From the IMG/VR virus record IMGVR_UViG_3300031418_000001: a stretch of 64,000 nucleotides of DNA. One strand, given 5' to 3'. Within the stretch, counting starts at the first letter, position 1, and each line of letters starts with the position of its first letter. This document shows positions 27,440-37,215 of the stretch, one piece after another. Both the position numbers and the translations under genes were made by a program. A model generated the notes under the pieces. It ran no database searches and was not told where the DNA came from. It worked only from the letters and a program-made list of their open reading frames with translations. Source of the stretch: a virus. Its lineage: Duplodnaviria > Heunggongvirae > Uroviricota > Caudoviricetes.

Positions 27440-27981
27440 AAGAATATATTGAATTATTTCAGAATATTATTAGATACCATAAAGAAAGCCTTACTCAGTT
27501 TTACAAAATGTATCATGATTTGGAAGAAAGTTCTTTTACTGAGAATAAACAAGGCCGTGTCAATTACAGAATCCTAAAGGATGTGTTTAAAGTAAAACAT
27601 AATGATGAAATGGTAACTACGTTTCATAAAGATCCATCTGGAAATGGTTCTATTGTAAGTACTATTATCAAAGAAAAGATAAGCATTAGTACAAAAATAA
27701 AGTACTATCAAGATGATGGTGGAAAATTCTTCACTGTATCAAGACATGAGAACAGTAAAATTACTGGTACAGTCGGTACTATTGTTGGTGGTTCACCAAC
27801 ATTTTATTGTTCTGACGATAAACGTATGTTTTGGGTTGATATGTTAGATAAAGATGAACACTTTAATTTAAGTATGAACTCACCATTACTTTCGTATAGC
27901 ACATATCTCATTATGAGAGAATTATATCCAAACGTACCTGATGGTACTGTAATTAAAATTAAGGAATTATTTAATGAATGA
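27433..27981 (+). CDS. Paralog family A protein (hypothetical)
   Basis: Motif LDKDEHFNLSMNSPLLSYSTY. Confidence 0.75.
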   Translation: MLEEYIELFQNIIRYHKESLTQFYKMYHDLEESSFTENKQGRVNYRILKDVFKVKHNDEMVTTFHKDPSGNGSIVSTIIKEKISISTKIKYYQDDGGKFFTVSRHENSKITGTVGTIVGGSPTFYCSDDKRMFWVDMLDKDEHFNLSMNSPLLSYSTYLIMRELYPNVPDGTVIKIKELFNE

Positions 27982-29116
27982 TAATGAACAGTTGTTTCAT
28001 GATTTGATGGCATTGTGTGCAAAGAATGAAGCATTTTATTTTAAGGACTTTACTAACTTAGGTACTGTATATCGTATCTTTGATTATCGTCTTGCGTCTT
28101 ATTCTGATTTTTGTGAACAGGGTGCATTAGCATGTCGTGGTATTATGTTCCAGATGGATGAGAAGGGTGAATATGTTCGCCTGGCCTCACGTCCAATGGA
28201 TAAGTTTTTCAACTACGCAGAAAATCCATTTACTATGATGGATAAAAGTATTTTGAGTACTGAGATTGAAATGGCTATTGATAAACTGGATGGCTCATTG
28301 ATCAGTTCATTTATGAATTCAGAAATTAAAGTACAAATGAAATCTAAAGGTTCTTTATTTTCTGAACATGCTCATTTGGCAAATAAGTTATTGCGTTCAG
28401 ATTTACAGAAAGAAAATGAAGTTACTATTTTAGAAACTTTTGGTTTTACTGTGAACTTTGAATTACTGTCACCTGAGTTACGTATTGTAGTACCTTATCA
28501 GAAAGATGAATTACGGTTCCTTAATGCTCGTAACCGTGCCACAGGTGAATATCTTTCTTTAACTACCTTGAAAGAAAAATATCCAGCACTGTATTCTACA
28601 TCAGTATATCAGGATGGTTATATTTCTTCTACATTACCAATGCGTGATACTGTGTATGATACTGTACAGGCAGTTTATAACATGCAGGAAAGTATTGAAG
28701 GATATGTGTTTAAACTTAAAGATGGTACTTTCTTTAAAGTTAAAACGAACAAGTATTGTTCATTGCATCATACTAAAGATTCAATTTTGATTGCATCCCG
28801 ATTGTTCAATGTGGTACTTGATGGTGGTACGGATGACTTACGTCAGCTTTTTAAAGATGATCCGTATAGTATTGAAAGTATTAAAAAAATGGAACAAAAA
28901 GTTTTTATGGCCTATAATACCATTATTAGCACTGTGACGGAGTTTCACGAGGCTCATAAAAATCTTGAGCGTAAGGATTATGCTCAAAAAGTAACTTCTT
29001 TACTTCCTAAAGAATATAATATGCAAGGTTTAGCATTTATTTTATATCAGAACAAGACCCCTGATTATAAAGAAAACCTTCGTAAGTATATGAAGGACGT
29101 ACTACAAGAAGAATAA
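27974..29116 (+). CDS. rnlA: RNA ligase 1 (T4 Rnl1-like)
   Basis: YRLASYSDF, CRGIMF, MDKFFNYAEN, motif I KLDGSLI, IEGYV, FFKVKT..YCSLHHTK. Confidence 0.92.
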   Translation: MNDNEQLFHDLMALCAKNEAFYFKDFTNLGTVYRIFDYRLASYSDFCEQGALACRGIMFQMDEKGEYVRLASRPMDKFFNYAENPFTMMDKSILSTEIEMAIDKLDGSLISSFMNSEIKVQMKSKGSLFSEHAHLANKLLRSDLQKENEVTILETFGFTVNFELLSPELRIVVPYQKDELRFLNARNRATGEYLSLTTLKEKYPALYSTSVYQDGYISSTLPMRDTVYDTVQAVYNMQESIEGYVFKLKDGTFFKVKTNKYCSLHHTKDSILIASRLFNVVLDGGTDDLRQLFKDDPYSIESIKKMEQKVFMAYNTIISTVTEFHEAHKNLERKDYAQKVTSLLPKEYNMQGLAFILYQNKTPDYKENLRKYMKDVLQEE

Positions 29117-29144
29117 TCAACGAAAGCCTTGACATGGAGTAGTT

Positions 29145-29438
29145 ATGGCTGAACCTAAGTACAAACTAAAAAAAGGTGCAGTACGATCACCCGAAGACCA
29201 TCGTAAAATACTGCAAGAAATTGATACCCTACAGCGTAAGCGGTCTGCTGTAGGTGTTCATAAGTCTAAGCATCGTATTTTCAACACATTCGGTGTAAGC
29301 AGTACTCAGTACAAAAAGAAACGAAAACCTAAAGAATCTAAGCCTAAAGTATATATGAGTGAATGTTATGGAAGTACATTTGCAAATAATATAAAGGATA
29401 GTGAAGGGTTAAGTTATACCAAGAAGAAATATCTATGA
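29145..29438 (+). CDS. Hypothetical basic protein
   Basis: 97-aa Lys/Arg-rich ORF, GGAG SD. Confidence 0.7.
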   Translation: MAEPKYKLKKGAVRSPEDHRKILQEIDTLQRKRSAVGVHKSKHRIFNTFGVSSTQYKKKRKPKESKPKVYMSECYGSTFANNIKDSEGLSYTKKKYL

Positions 29439-29671
29439 AAACACCTAAAGTACAACATAGAATCTTGACAGTGCATGGTGTTCAATTTCATGCACTGGAA
29501 TGGAATGGTAATTTCAATAAAAGTTCTACTGATATTAAGAATCTCATTCTAAATGTACTACAAGAGAATGAAGTACTTTTCTATCAGTTAGGATCTAATC
29601 GTATTTTTACAACCGACAGTGGCTTATTTCATGTACAAATGGAATTAGTCAACGACATTGAATTAGTATAG
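29435..29671 (+). CDS. Hypothetical protein
   Basis: 78-aa ORF, ATGA overlap. Confidence 0.65.
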   Translation: MKTPKVQHRILTVHGVQFHALEWNGNFNKSSTDIKNLILNVLQENEVLFYQLGSNRIFTTDSGLFHVQMELVNDIELV

Positions 29672-29682
29672 GAGAAATTAAG

Positions 29683-29904
29683 GTGAATATTCAAATTAAA
29701 CATAGCATTGTTCAAGACGAAACAGTACTGAAATTCAAAACACTAAATGATTATTTCAGATGTATTGAGTTCCTTGATGAAAGCAATTTGATGTGGACAC
29801 CTCTTACATATTCTTCGAAGAAGGATACCGCAAGTATCCGAGTTAATGAGCATGTGCTCCAAATTATTACTAAAAAGTATGGGATTTATAAATGCCACGT
29901 TTGA
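29683..29904 (+). CDS. Hypothetical protein
   Basis: 73-aa ORF, GTG start, AGGAG SD. Confidence 0.65.
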   Translation: MNIQIKHSIVQDETVLKFKTLNDYFRCIEFLDESNLMWTPLTYSSKKDTASIRVNEHVLQIITKKYGIYKCHV

Positions 29905-30809
29905 TTTTGACCTTTGGTGTTCCTGGTTGCGGGAAAAGCACTTGGGCTACTAATTATGTAAAGAAACATCGTAAGACTGTTATTGTAAACCTTGATGATC
30001 TCCGTGCTACCATGTTCGGAACTATTCACGATTACAAGTTCAAATCTGAACACGAAGTTTATATTAAAACTATTCAGAAAGAACAGGTATGTAAACTGGT
30101 AGAAAAAGGATACAGTGTTATTATTTCTGATACTAACCTGCATCCTACTGTTTTCAATTCGTGGAAGAAATTTGCCAAAGATAATGGAATGACTTTTGAA
30201 TTCCATGACTTCTTTGAAGAATATCTGAAAGAATGTGACAGTACCGTACATCCTTATTTCCATCTGAAAAAATATCGTGCTCGTTGTAAAGATTGGAACC
30301 TGAAGCGTGATAAGTCAGTACCAGATGATGTAATTGATAAGATGGTAGATACGTACTTGCTTCCAAAATATCAGTTAGAACAGCACGTGTTTAATCCTGA
30401 TCTGCCATTCTGTGTTGTATCTGATGTTGATGGTACTTTGATGCACATGGGTAAACGTAACCCTTATGACGAAAGTAAAGTACTTGAAGATACTCCAGAC
30501 ATTGCGGTTTGTGATTCTGTACAGGAAGACTTCAAACGCTTCACTGGATTCATTTTCAGCGGTCGTCATGAAAAGTGTAAGGATGATACCTTGCTGAGTC
30601 TTAAACAGGCTGGTGTGGTTCCTGTGGACATTTTCATGCGGGCTGATGACGACTCTCGTTCTGACGATATTGTTAAGTACGAACTGTATATGAAACATAT
30701 CCACGGTAAGTACAACATTCTTCGTTGGTATGATGATCGCGATCAGGTAGTTCGTATGCTTCGTGATGTTGGAATCAAAGTTTATCAGGTTAATCCTGGA
30801 AACTTCTGA
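29892..30809 (+). CDS. pseT: Polynucleotide 5'-kinase / 3'-phosphatase (T4 Pnkp-like)
   Basis: P-loop GVPGCGKST, HAD motif SDVDGTL, FSGR, YDDRDQVV. Confidence 0.92.
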   Translation: MPRLILTFGVPGCGKSTWATNYVKKHRKTVIVNLDDLRATMFGTIHDYKFKSEHEVYIKTIQKEQVCKLVEKGYSVIISDTNLHPTVFNSWKKFAKDNGMTFEFHDFFEEYLKECDSTVHPYFHLKKYRARCKDWNLKRDKSVPDDVIDKMVDTYLLPKYQLEQHVFNPDLPFCVVSDVDGTLMHMGKRNPYDESKVLEDTPDIAVCDSVQEDFKRFTGFIFSGRHEKCKDDTLLSLKQAGVVPVDIFMRADDDSRSDDIVKYELYMKHIHGKYNILRWYDDRDQVVRMLRDVGIKVYQVNPGNF

Positions 30810-30816
30810 TAATAAT

Positions 30817-30838
30817 GGGGAACTTCGGTTCCCCTTTT
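30817..30838 (+). terminator. Intrinsic terminator
   Basis: GGGGAAC-TTCG-GTTCCCC-TTTT. Confidence 0.9.
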
Positions 30839-30852
30839 ATTTGGAATAAAAA

Positions 30853-31293
30853 ATGAAAGAACCAACGTATTATGACTTATATAGTATGATATTAAAAAGT
30901 GACACTACATATTTTTGGAAATATATAAATGAAGTACTTATTGATAATAACCTAATCAGGGTTGTTCCGTCTCATCTTTATAAAACGTTGTCTCTCTCTT
31001 CAAGTACTGACATGAGTTATTACGTAGCAGTTTTTAAACCGAAATGCAATGAAAGAATTTATAGTGCACCATTAATGTATTTTCTTGAAGACGAACATAT
31101 TCTTCTTAATGATTGTGGATCTTCTTCAGCAGAATTCATTACTGAACGTTATGATCTTAAAGATACTGGAACTGAATTTAATTTCAATATGATGAATCCA
31201 GAAATTGGTATCTCATTTAGTGAGTTAAAAGTACTATTAGAATTTGCTCAAAGAATTAAATGTAGTTTCTTTATGAGCACGGAGAGAAAATGA
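30853..31293 (+). CDS. Probable paralog family A protein (weak motif)
   Basis: DTGTEFNFNMMNPEIGISFSEL. Confidence 0.6.
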   Translation: MKEPTYYDLYSMILKSDTTYFWKYINEVLIDNNLIRVVPSHLYKTLSLSSSTDMSYYVAVFKPKCNERIYSAPLMYFLEDEHILLNDCGSSSAEFITERYDLKDTGTEFNFNMMNPEIGISFSELKVLLEFAQRIKCSFFMSTERK

Positions 31294-31499
31294 AATTTAG
31301 AGTAATAGAGCATACCCGAAGTACTGACAAGCAAGTTTGGTACACTGCTGAATATAGGCGTTTCTTTTTCTGGATTCAGGTTCCTGGGTCTGTTGATGGA
31401 ATGAAATATGATAAGACATTCAGTACAGAAGAAGAAGCATGGTTGTATCTGAAATGGTATTTTAAAGATGAAACAATATCAAAACGTGTCATATACTAA
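31290..31499 (+). CDS. Small hypothetical protein, paralog of 31508..31744
   Basis: MKFRVIEH..QVWYT..RRFFFW. Confidence 0.7.
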   Translation: MKFRVIEHTRSTDKQVWYTAEYRRFFFWIQVPGSVDGMKYDKTFSTEEEAWLYLKWYFKDETISKRVIY

Positions 31500-31507
31500 G
31501 GGGTGAT

Positions 31508-31744
31508 ATGAAATATCGCATCATAAAACATAGCTTTGGCGAGCAGATTTGGTTTACTGTTAAAATTAGACGATTTCTTTTCTGGTTCGACGTGAAAGAA
31601 TATAATAATACTTTATATTTTCCAGGTGATGATATTATATTATCAAAAATTGTGAAATTTAAATCTGTTGATGAAGCTGATGAATATATTAAAAGAAAGT
31701 ATTCAAAACAAATCAACAGTATCATCGTTGAGGGCAATTTATGA
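31508..31744 (+). CDS. Small hypothetical protein, paralog of 31290..31499
   Basis: MKYRIIKH..QIWFT..RRFLFW. Confidence 0.7.
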   Translation: MKYRIIKHSFGEQIWFTVKIRRFLFWFDVKEYNNTLYFPGDDIILSKIVKFKSVDEADEYIKRKYSKQINSIIVEGNL

Positions 31745-31932
31745 GCCACTGGAATGATGATTGGACGCAGGACGACGTACTTAATAATTATGAAGTACTT
31801 AGTTTTGTTGAACCTGAAGACATGAATCAGCTTGTAAAAGATTCATTAATGCATAAAGCAGTATGTGAGTATCTTGAAAAAGAACATCCCTCAATTTATG
31901 CCGATGCAATATTGAAAGGGTTAATAAAGTAA
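31741..31932 (+). CDS. Small acidic protein, paralog of 31943..32125
   Basis: C-terminus VCEYLEKEHPSIYADAILKGLIK. Confidence 0.7.
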   Translation: MSHWNDDWTQDDVLNNYEVLSFVEPEDMNQLVKDSLMHKAVCEYLEKEHPSIYADAILKGLIK

Positions 31933-31942
31933 AGAGGTACAA

Positions 31943-32125
31943 ATGAATTCGAATTTAGATGATTTAGAGGAAATTCTTTCCTTTTTTGATGGGGAATGTC
32001 CTGCTGATGACTGTAAGTATGAATACGTTGATTATGAAAAACAGGTAAAAGACGTTACTGATTATCTTAAAGAAGAACATCCTGCAATATTTGCAGATAT
32101 GATTTTAAAAGACATTATAAAATAA
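31943..32125 (+). CDS. Small acidic protein, paralog of 31741..31932
   Basis: C-terminus VTDYLKEEHPAIFADMILKDIIK. Confidence 0.7.
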   Translation: MNSNLDDLEEILSFFDGECPADDCKYEYVDYEKQVKDVTDYLKEEHPAIFADMILKDIIK

Positions 32126-32135
32126 AGAGGTTTAT

Positions 32136-32300
32136 ATGGTTACTGGTACAATTTTAACTGTGATTACTTTTATTATTCTTTTCGCATTATGTGGAAGACT
32201 TAATCGTGATCCTATTGTTTGGTGTGTTCTCGGAATGTTCATTACTCCATTTGGTGCAATTATTGCGATGGTTATCTACACAATGATTTTGGGAGATTAA
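32136..32300 (+). CDS. Small two-TM membrane protein (54 aa)
   Basis: Translated by hand: MVTGTILTVITFIILFALCGRLNRDPIVWCVLGMFITPFGAIIAMVIYTMILGD; GAGG SD. Confidence 0.65.
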   Translation: MVTGTILTVITFIILFALCGRLNRDPIVWCVLGMFITPFGAIIAMVIYTMILGD

Positions 32301-32720
32301 ATGAAGTTATATTGTTTTCATAACTGGTATCTCGGTGGTAATCAACCAGGCATTCAGTCACTTCACAGTGCAGCACGTTTGTTTGTTAAGTACCAGCCAA
32401 CTCTTGAAGAAGATCCTATGGTTGAAATGCTTTATGATTGGGCGACTAATCATGAAACTGCTGTAATCCTGAACGGCGGCGACCGCCATAATCTGAACCG
32501 TATCTACGAACTTATTTCAGGTATTAATAAGTACCCGTTCGCTGCATTCGTAGAAGATGGGGTATGTGATTCAATCAGTAATATTTCTCTGGTACTTCCT
32601 ACTGAATTGTGTGAAGAAGTACAAAAATATCGTGATGATGAATGGAGTTTATTCAACCTTGAATTAGATAAAGACGTAATTGAACTTGTGAAATTAATCG
32701 CTAAGTCGAGGCTCATGTGA
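32301..32720 (+). CDS. Possible peptidyl-tRNA hydrolase 2 (Pth2)-like protein
   Basis: GIQSLHSA, W...HETAVILNGG, FVEDG....ISNISLVLP echo the Pth2 AQxxHA..W..KIVL..T pattern. Confidence 0.45.
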   Translation: MKLYCFHNWYLGGNQPGIQSLHSAARLFVKYQPTLEEDPMVEMLYDWATNHETAVILNGGDRHNLNRIYELISGINKYPFAAFVEDGVCDSISNISLVLPTELCEEVQKYRDDEWSLFNLELDKDVIELVKLIAKSRLM

Positions 32721-32917
32721 TTTTACGTTTAATTTTAGCAGTACTAATTCTCACATTAGCTGCATGTACTGAACCTAAAACAGAACAAGAAGTACTTAAT
32801 CAGGCAGTAATGTTCTGTGGTTCAGTTAACAGCATTCAATCTTTGGAAAAATATTATGGCTATTATTCTCTATATTGTGTAGATAGTCGTAAACTTCATA
32901 TCATGTTGGAGAAATAA
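32717..32917 (+). CDS. Small lipoprotein
   Basis: Signal peptide with LAAC lipobox. Confidence 0.7.
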   Translation: MILRLILAVLILTLAACTEPKTEQEVLNQAVMFCGSVNSIQSLEKYYGYYSLYCVDSRKLHIMLEK

Positions 32918-32919
32918 TA

Positions 32920-34056
32920 ATGTACGTACCAGAAAAATATTATGTTGGTTTTCAATCTCAGGGTGATGATTCACTTGTTGGATTCTTTACTCCAGATGAC
33001 GGTGATGATAAATCAAAAAAACGTAAACAAACCGTTGATGGGTGGAGTAGTCCTAAGCTGAAAAGTAAATCCACGACTATCACTAACGAACCACGTACCG
33101 GATTCCGTATTGTAGATACCACAAGACGTTATCGCACTAATAACGTACTTTTTCGTGTACTTCATCCAGAAGTTGGTGCTGAATTTGAAATTAGTGCAGA
33201 GAACCTAAATGATCTGCATCAGCAATGTATTATTGAGTACGGTGAAATTAAAACTGAACTTCTATTTGTTCGTAATGGTCAGAATAATATACTTGTTGTA
33301 AAAGATTCAACTGAACATAAAAATGCATTAACGGCGATGAAAAACGAACAGGACAAGAAAGCTGCTATTGCAACAATTAATAAGAAAGATATTGTTGTTG
33401 GCTCTATGCTCGATATTCCATATCAGGGTAAAGTGACTTATCTCGGTAAACATACTGTTTCCTATATTAAGCGAAAAAGTGAACGTTATACTCAATCATA
33501 TGCAGGTTCTTATGAAGTTGTTGGAACAGATGACAAGTACTTAGTTTTTCTTGATAAACGTTCAACCGGAAATTCTCTTATTTTACGCAAAACATGGCCT
33601 AAGATCGAAAAACTACATACCGAAAAAGATTCAGTTGATATTGATGAAGCACTTAAAGAAGTTCGTCGCGTATATACAGGTGCATATGATTGTGAATATG
33701 TTTATCATGTAGAATTTAATACAGTACTTAATTATGATGATTTTGAAGTTACGTTTGAAGAAAATAAAAAATATACCATGAATAACCTTAAAGATTGGGG
33801 TTATGATAATTATAAGTACGGTCTTCTCCCAGATGGTTCATACTACCTCGCTTACCCACGTAATAGTTATGTGAATAATGCATATACCATGACGATAAAG
33901 TATGAAGAAACTTTTAAAGCAACAGGTCTGCAAGTTACTTCTACTAAAAATAAAGGAAGTGGTAATCTATGGGGTCGAAGTACTGAAATCGAAATTACTG
34001 ATCCTAATACAGTATTCTACACATTAAAAATTACAAAGAAAAAGGTACAAGAATAA
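32920..34056 (+). CDS. Paralog family B protein 1 (hypothetical)
   Basis: YVGF..TNEPRTGFRIVD..HPEVGAEFEISAENL. Confidence 0.8.
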   Translation: MYVPEKYYVGFQSQGDDSLVGFFTPDDGDDKSKKRKQTVDGWSSPKLKSKSTTITNEPRTGFRIVDTTRRYRTNNVLFRVLHPEVGAEFEISAENLNDLHQQCIIEYGEIKTELLFVRNGQNNILVVKDSTEHKNALTAMKNEQDKKAAIATINKKDIVVGSMLDIPYQGKVTYLGKHTVSYIKRKSERYTQSYAGSYEVVGTDDKYLVFLDKRSTGNSLILRKTWPKIEKLHTEKDSVDIDEALKEVRRVYTGAYDCEYVYHVEFNTVLNYDDFEVTFEENKKYTMNNLKDWGYDNYKYGLLPDGSYYLAYPRNSYVNNAYTMTIKYEETFKATGLQVTSTKNKGSGNLWGRSTEIEITDPNTVFYTLKITKKKVQE

Positions 34057-35042
34057 TGGCTTATATTCCTAATAAATTATATGTTGGATTTCGTGCTGAT
34101 GGTGAGGACACTCTCACCTGTTTTATGACGCCTCTTGCTAAAGATTCAGCATTTACTAAACGTAAGAAGACAATTGATGATTGGGCTTCTAAGGAAATGA
34201 ATAGTACTGAGATTACCAATGAACCTCGTGATGGATTTCGATTAGTTGATACCTCTCGTCGCTGGAACAGTAATAATGTTGTATTCCGAGTAATTCATCC
34301 AGAAGTTGGTGCTGAATTTGAAATTAGTGCAGAGAATCTTTCTAATATTATGAGTAACACTGATATTATGAAAGGTGAGATTCAGGATAAACTACTTCTT
34401 GTTCGTGAAGGTTCTAAAAATATTCTTGTTATTGAAGGTTCACCAGAGCATCTTGGTTCATCGAATGTTGATGAAAATGGAAAAGAGTTGTTCCTTAGTA
34501 AAGATGAATATTCCATTGGTGATCGTATTTCGGTTAAAGGATGGGGTGAGTGTGTTTATTTTGGTAAAAGTAAAATACAAACCATAAGTATTGATTCTAA
34601 AGGATATAATTCTACTAATTTCCTTCTTGAAGAAAAACAAGATGAAGGTTATGTTTTATTCTTCGACCATAATAATGAAGTAAAAATTTCTACAAAGGTT
34701 CCTAAAGTACTTAAGAAAATGGAAAGTACTGGTCTGACTATTGATTCTGTCATTGGTGCAAAAAACGGATACCGTGAAACTGTCTACGATGTAGGTGAAC
34801 CTAAAGGTTCAGATGTATATGAATATAAACTAATACCATTCACTGAAGAATGGGGTTATGCACTTATTAAAAATGGTTCAAACTATGACATTGTTCATAA
34901 AAGTGGTAATCGTTACACACCATATGGAACTTATGTATTCCGTGAAGATGGTAAATTTGTATTAATAACTTCTACATCTAATCATATGCATCATAGTTCA
35001 ACCGGTAAAACTTTCTACAAAATTAATAAGGAACTTAAATGA
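34056..35042 (+). CDS. Paralog family B protein 2
   Basis: YVGF..TNEPRDGFRLVD..HPEVGAEFEISAENL. Confidence 0.8.
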   Translation: MAYIPNKLYVGFRADGEDTLTCFMTPLAKDSAFTKRKKTIDDWASKEMNSTEITNEPRDGFRLVDTSRRWNSNNVVFRVIHPEVGAEFEISAENLSNIMSNTDIMKGEIQDKLLLVREGSKNILVIEGSPEHLGSSNVDENGKELFLSKDEYSIGDRISVKGWGECVYFGKSKIQTISIDSKGYNSTNFLLEEKQDEGYVLFFDHNNEVKISTKVPKVLKKMESTGLTIDSVIGAKNGYRETVYDVGEPKGSDVYEYKLIPFTEEWGYALIKNGSNYDIVHKSGNRYTPYGTYVFREDGKFVLITSTSNHMHHSSTGKTFYKINKELK

Positions 35043-36139
35043 AATTACCACAAAAAATTTATGTAGCCCTACGTTATGGCACGGATTTAGTACGTGGATA
35101 TATGGCAGTTGCTGATAAAGAAGAAACTAAGTATTGTCAGAAAGCAAAAGACCGTGCTGATGTTTGTGCAGGTCGTTCTAAAAAATCAATGTACGTAACC
35201 AACGAAGCCCGTGAAGGGTTTCGTGTTATTGATTACACAACCGATGGTATGCTAATTGAACATCCAGAAGGATTTTCATTCTACATCACACCACGCAACA
35301 TGTATGATCTTATTCGCACCTGTACAATTGTTAATGGTGAAATTGATAATAAATTATATTTCAGTGATACCTTAACTCTTATTTCGGAAGTTTCAGAGAT
35401 TCTATCTGATACATTATCAGCAGAAGAAACATTGAAGAAACGAAAAGAATTATTGAAGTCTCTTAAATTTAATGATACCTTCTTTTTTGGAAAAGAAGAG
35501 TGTGTGATGGTAGGTCGGTATCACTTCCTTACTACGAACTCATATGGTTCAGAAATTAATTCATCTTCCAAATTGATGTATGTCTTTAAGAATGTTTCCA
35601 ATGGTAAGTACTGTGTTGAAGTCGAACCATTACCAAATATTAAAAAAGGTTCTTTACAAAATAACTTCTTTAGTGAGACTGAGGAAGAAGTACTTAAATA
35701 TGCTACTGAACATTTCAAGAATTTGGATCGTTACGGAAGACCTAATTTTTCATATCTTGCTCTTTCCAAGAAGCCAATTAAACCTGCACATCTTAAAAGT
35801 CGATTTGTTAAATGTGAACTAAGTGAACTTAAAATTACATCACAGTACCCACGTATTAGTGTAATCCGTGATTCTAATGGGGAATTAAGTTACTTTAATG
35901 GTTTCAGATATTATGAATACTCTTCATATTCATATGGTTCAAATTATAGAACTGGTGTTGATTATAATTCAATTGATACTAAAGCTAAAAAGTACTATCA
36001 AGTTAAACCATTAAAGAAAGATGGAGAAATATATGTTATTTCAGAGCGTTATAATGAACGTGAATCTGAAATGGTATCTTTCAGTTGTCCAGTAAGTGAG
36101 CTTGATATTGAAGTTGGATATGTGGAGATTTATCTATGA
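35039..36139 (+). CDS. Paralog family B protein 3
   Basis: YVAL..TNEAREGFRVID..HPEGFSFYITPRNM. Confidence 0.8.
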   Translation: MKLPQKIYVALRYGTDLVRGYMAVADKEETKYCQKAKDRADVCAGRSKKSMYVTNEAREGFRVIDYTTDGMLIEHPEGFSFYITPRNMYDLIRTCTIVNGEIDNKLYFSDTLTLISEVSEILSDTLSAEETLKKRKELLKSLKFNDTFFFGKEECVMVGRYHFLTTNSYGSEINSSSKLMYVFKNVSNGKYCVEVEPLPNIKKGSLQNNFFSETEEEVLKYATEHFKNLDRYGRPNFSYLALSKKPIKPAHLKSRFVKCELSELKITSQYPRISVIRDSNGELSYFNGFRYYEYSSYSYGSNYRTGVDYNSIDTKAKKYYQVKPLKKDGEIYVISERYNERESEMVSFSCPVSELDIEVGYVEIYL

Positions 36140-37215
36140 GAGCTACCCAATTCATTCCTGAGCAGTACAAATTAGCTATTAATCGTGGTTATGGTAATAA
36201 AGATATAGCTTCCGGTATTCCTCGACCGTTTAGTACTACAGTTGAGGTACAAAAGGAGATTTCGCGTCTTATTGGTTATCCAAAAGATTCTGTAACTTAT
36301 GATAATACCCCTTTGTCGGGGTATCATATTATGGTTGACGAACATAAGAATGTTCAGGTATTTCACCCCGATGGATATTCAATTGACTTAACTATGTATA
36401 ACATTGGTATTATCCTTCGTGAATGCCAGATTAATCAGGGTATTATTGGTGATGAACTGATTTTTGTTTTCGACAAGTCATATCGAGAATATATTTTAGT
36501 ACCGTTCAATCGTGATACATATGAAGAAGTTAAAAAACAAAGTGATGAATTCTTTGCTGCTAAAACAGGTGCAACTGAACTTACTTATGGATGTTGTGTA
36601 GACTTTAACGGTACTAAATTTGTGTATCTTGGTAAGTATTGGGTGAGTAGAATTGGCAAAAATGGAATGAACATTGTTGAACGTTATTTTCTTAAACGTG
36701 ATTTTGATACCAAAAAGACCCAATATTATATGTTAGCTACCCGTAAACCTGATGCAATTACGGATGAACATCTAACTAATTATCCAGAAGAGAAAGACTT
36801 ATTAAATGAAGTACAGAAATCTGATTTGAGAGAAATTTCATCTTTCTATAAATCCGGTTCTTATAATGAACGTTCAGTTACATTCGATTCACTATATATA
36901 AGTACTGATAAGCCAACAAAGAAAGATTTCACATTTGACTATTCTATTTTTAATGGCAATGGATATGGATGCACCTTAGATAATCTGCCTACATTCTTGA
37001 GTGACGATGGTAATGTTTATGCTGCAATGAGTACTTATGGTGGTAGTTTAGCTTACAGTCTAAGTACATATGATATTGGTGCAGTAACGAAAGCCGTTCC
37101 ATTTGATGTAAGTACATTGACTCCAACCATTGACCGAGATTCTAATGGAAGATGGCAAAATATCACACATCAACGAATTCGTAAAATTGTATTACCTAAA
37201 CTGGTGAAAAAATGA
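36136..37215 (+). CDS. Paralog family B protein 4
   Basis: DNTPLSGYHI..HPDGYSIDLTMYNI..IGDELIF. Confidence 0.75.
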   Translation: MRATQFIPEQYKLAINRGYGNKDIASGIPRPFSTTVEVQKEISRLIGYPKDSVTYDNTPLSGYHIMVDEHKNVQVFHPDGYSIDLTMYNIGIILRECQINQGIIGDELIFVFDKSYREYILVPFNRDTYEEVKKQSDEFFAAKTGATELTYGCCVDFNGTKFVYLGKYWVSRIGKNGMNIVERYFLKRDFDTKKTQYYMLATRKPDAITDEHLTNYPEEKDLLNEVQKSDLREISSFYKSGSYNERSVTFDSLYISTDKPTKKDFTFDYSIFNGNGYGCTLDNLPTFLSDDGNVYAAMSTYGGSLAYSLSTYDIGAVTKAVPFDVSTLTPTIDRDSNGRWQNITHQRIRKIVLPKLVKK

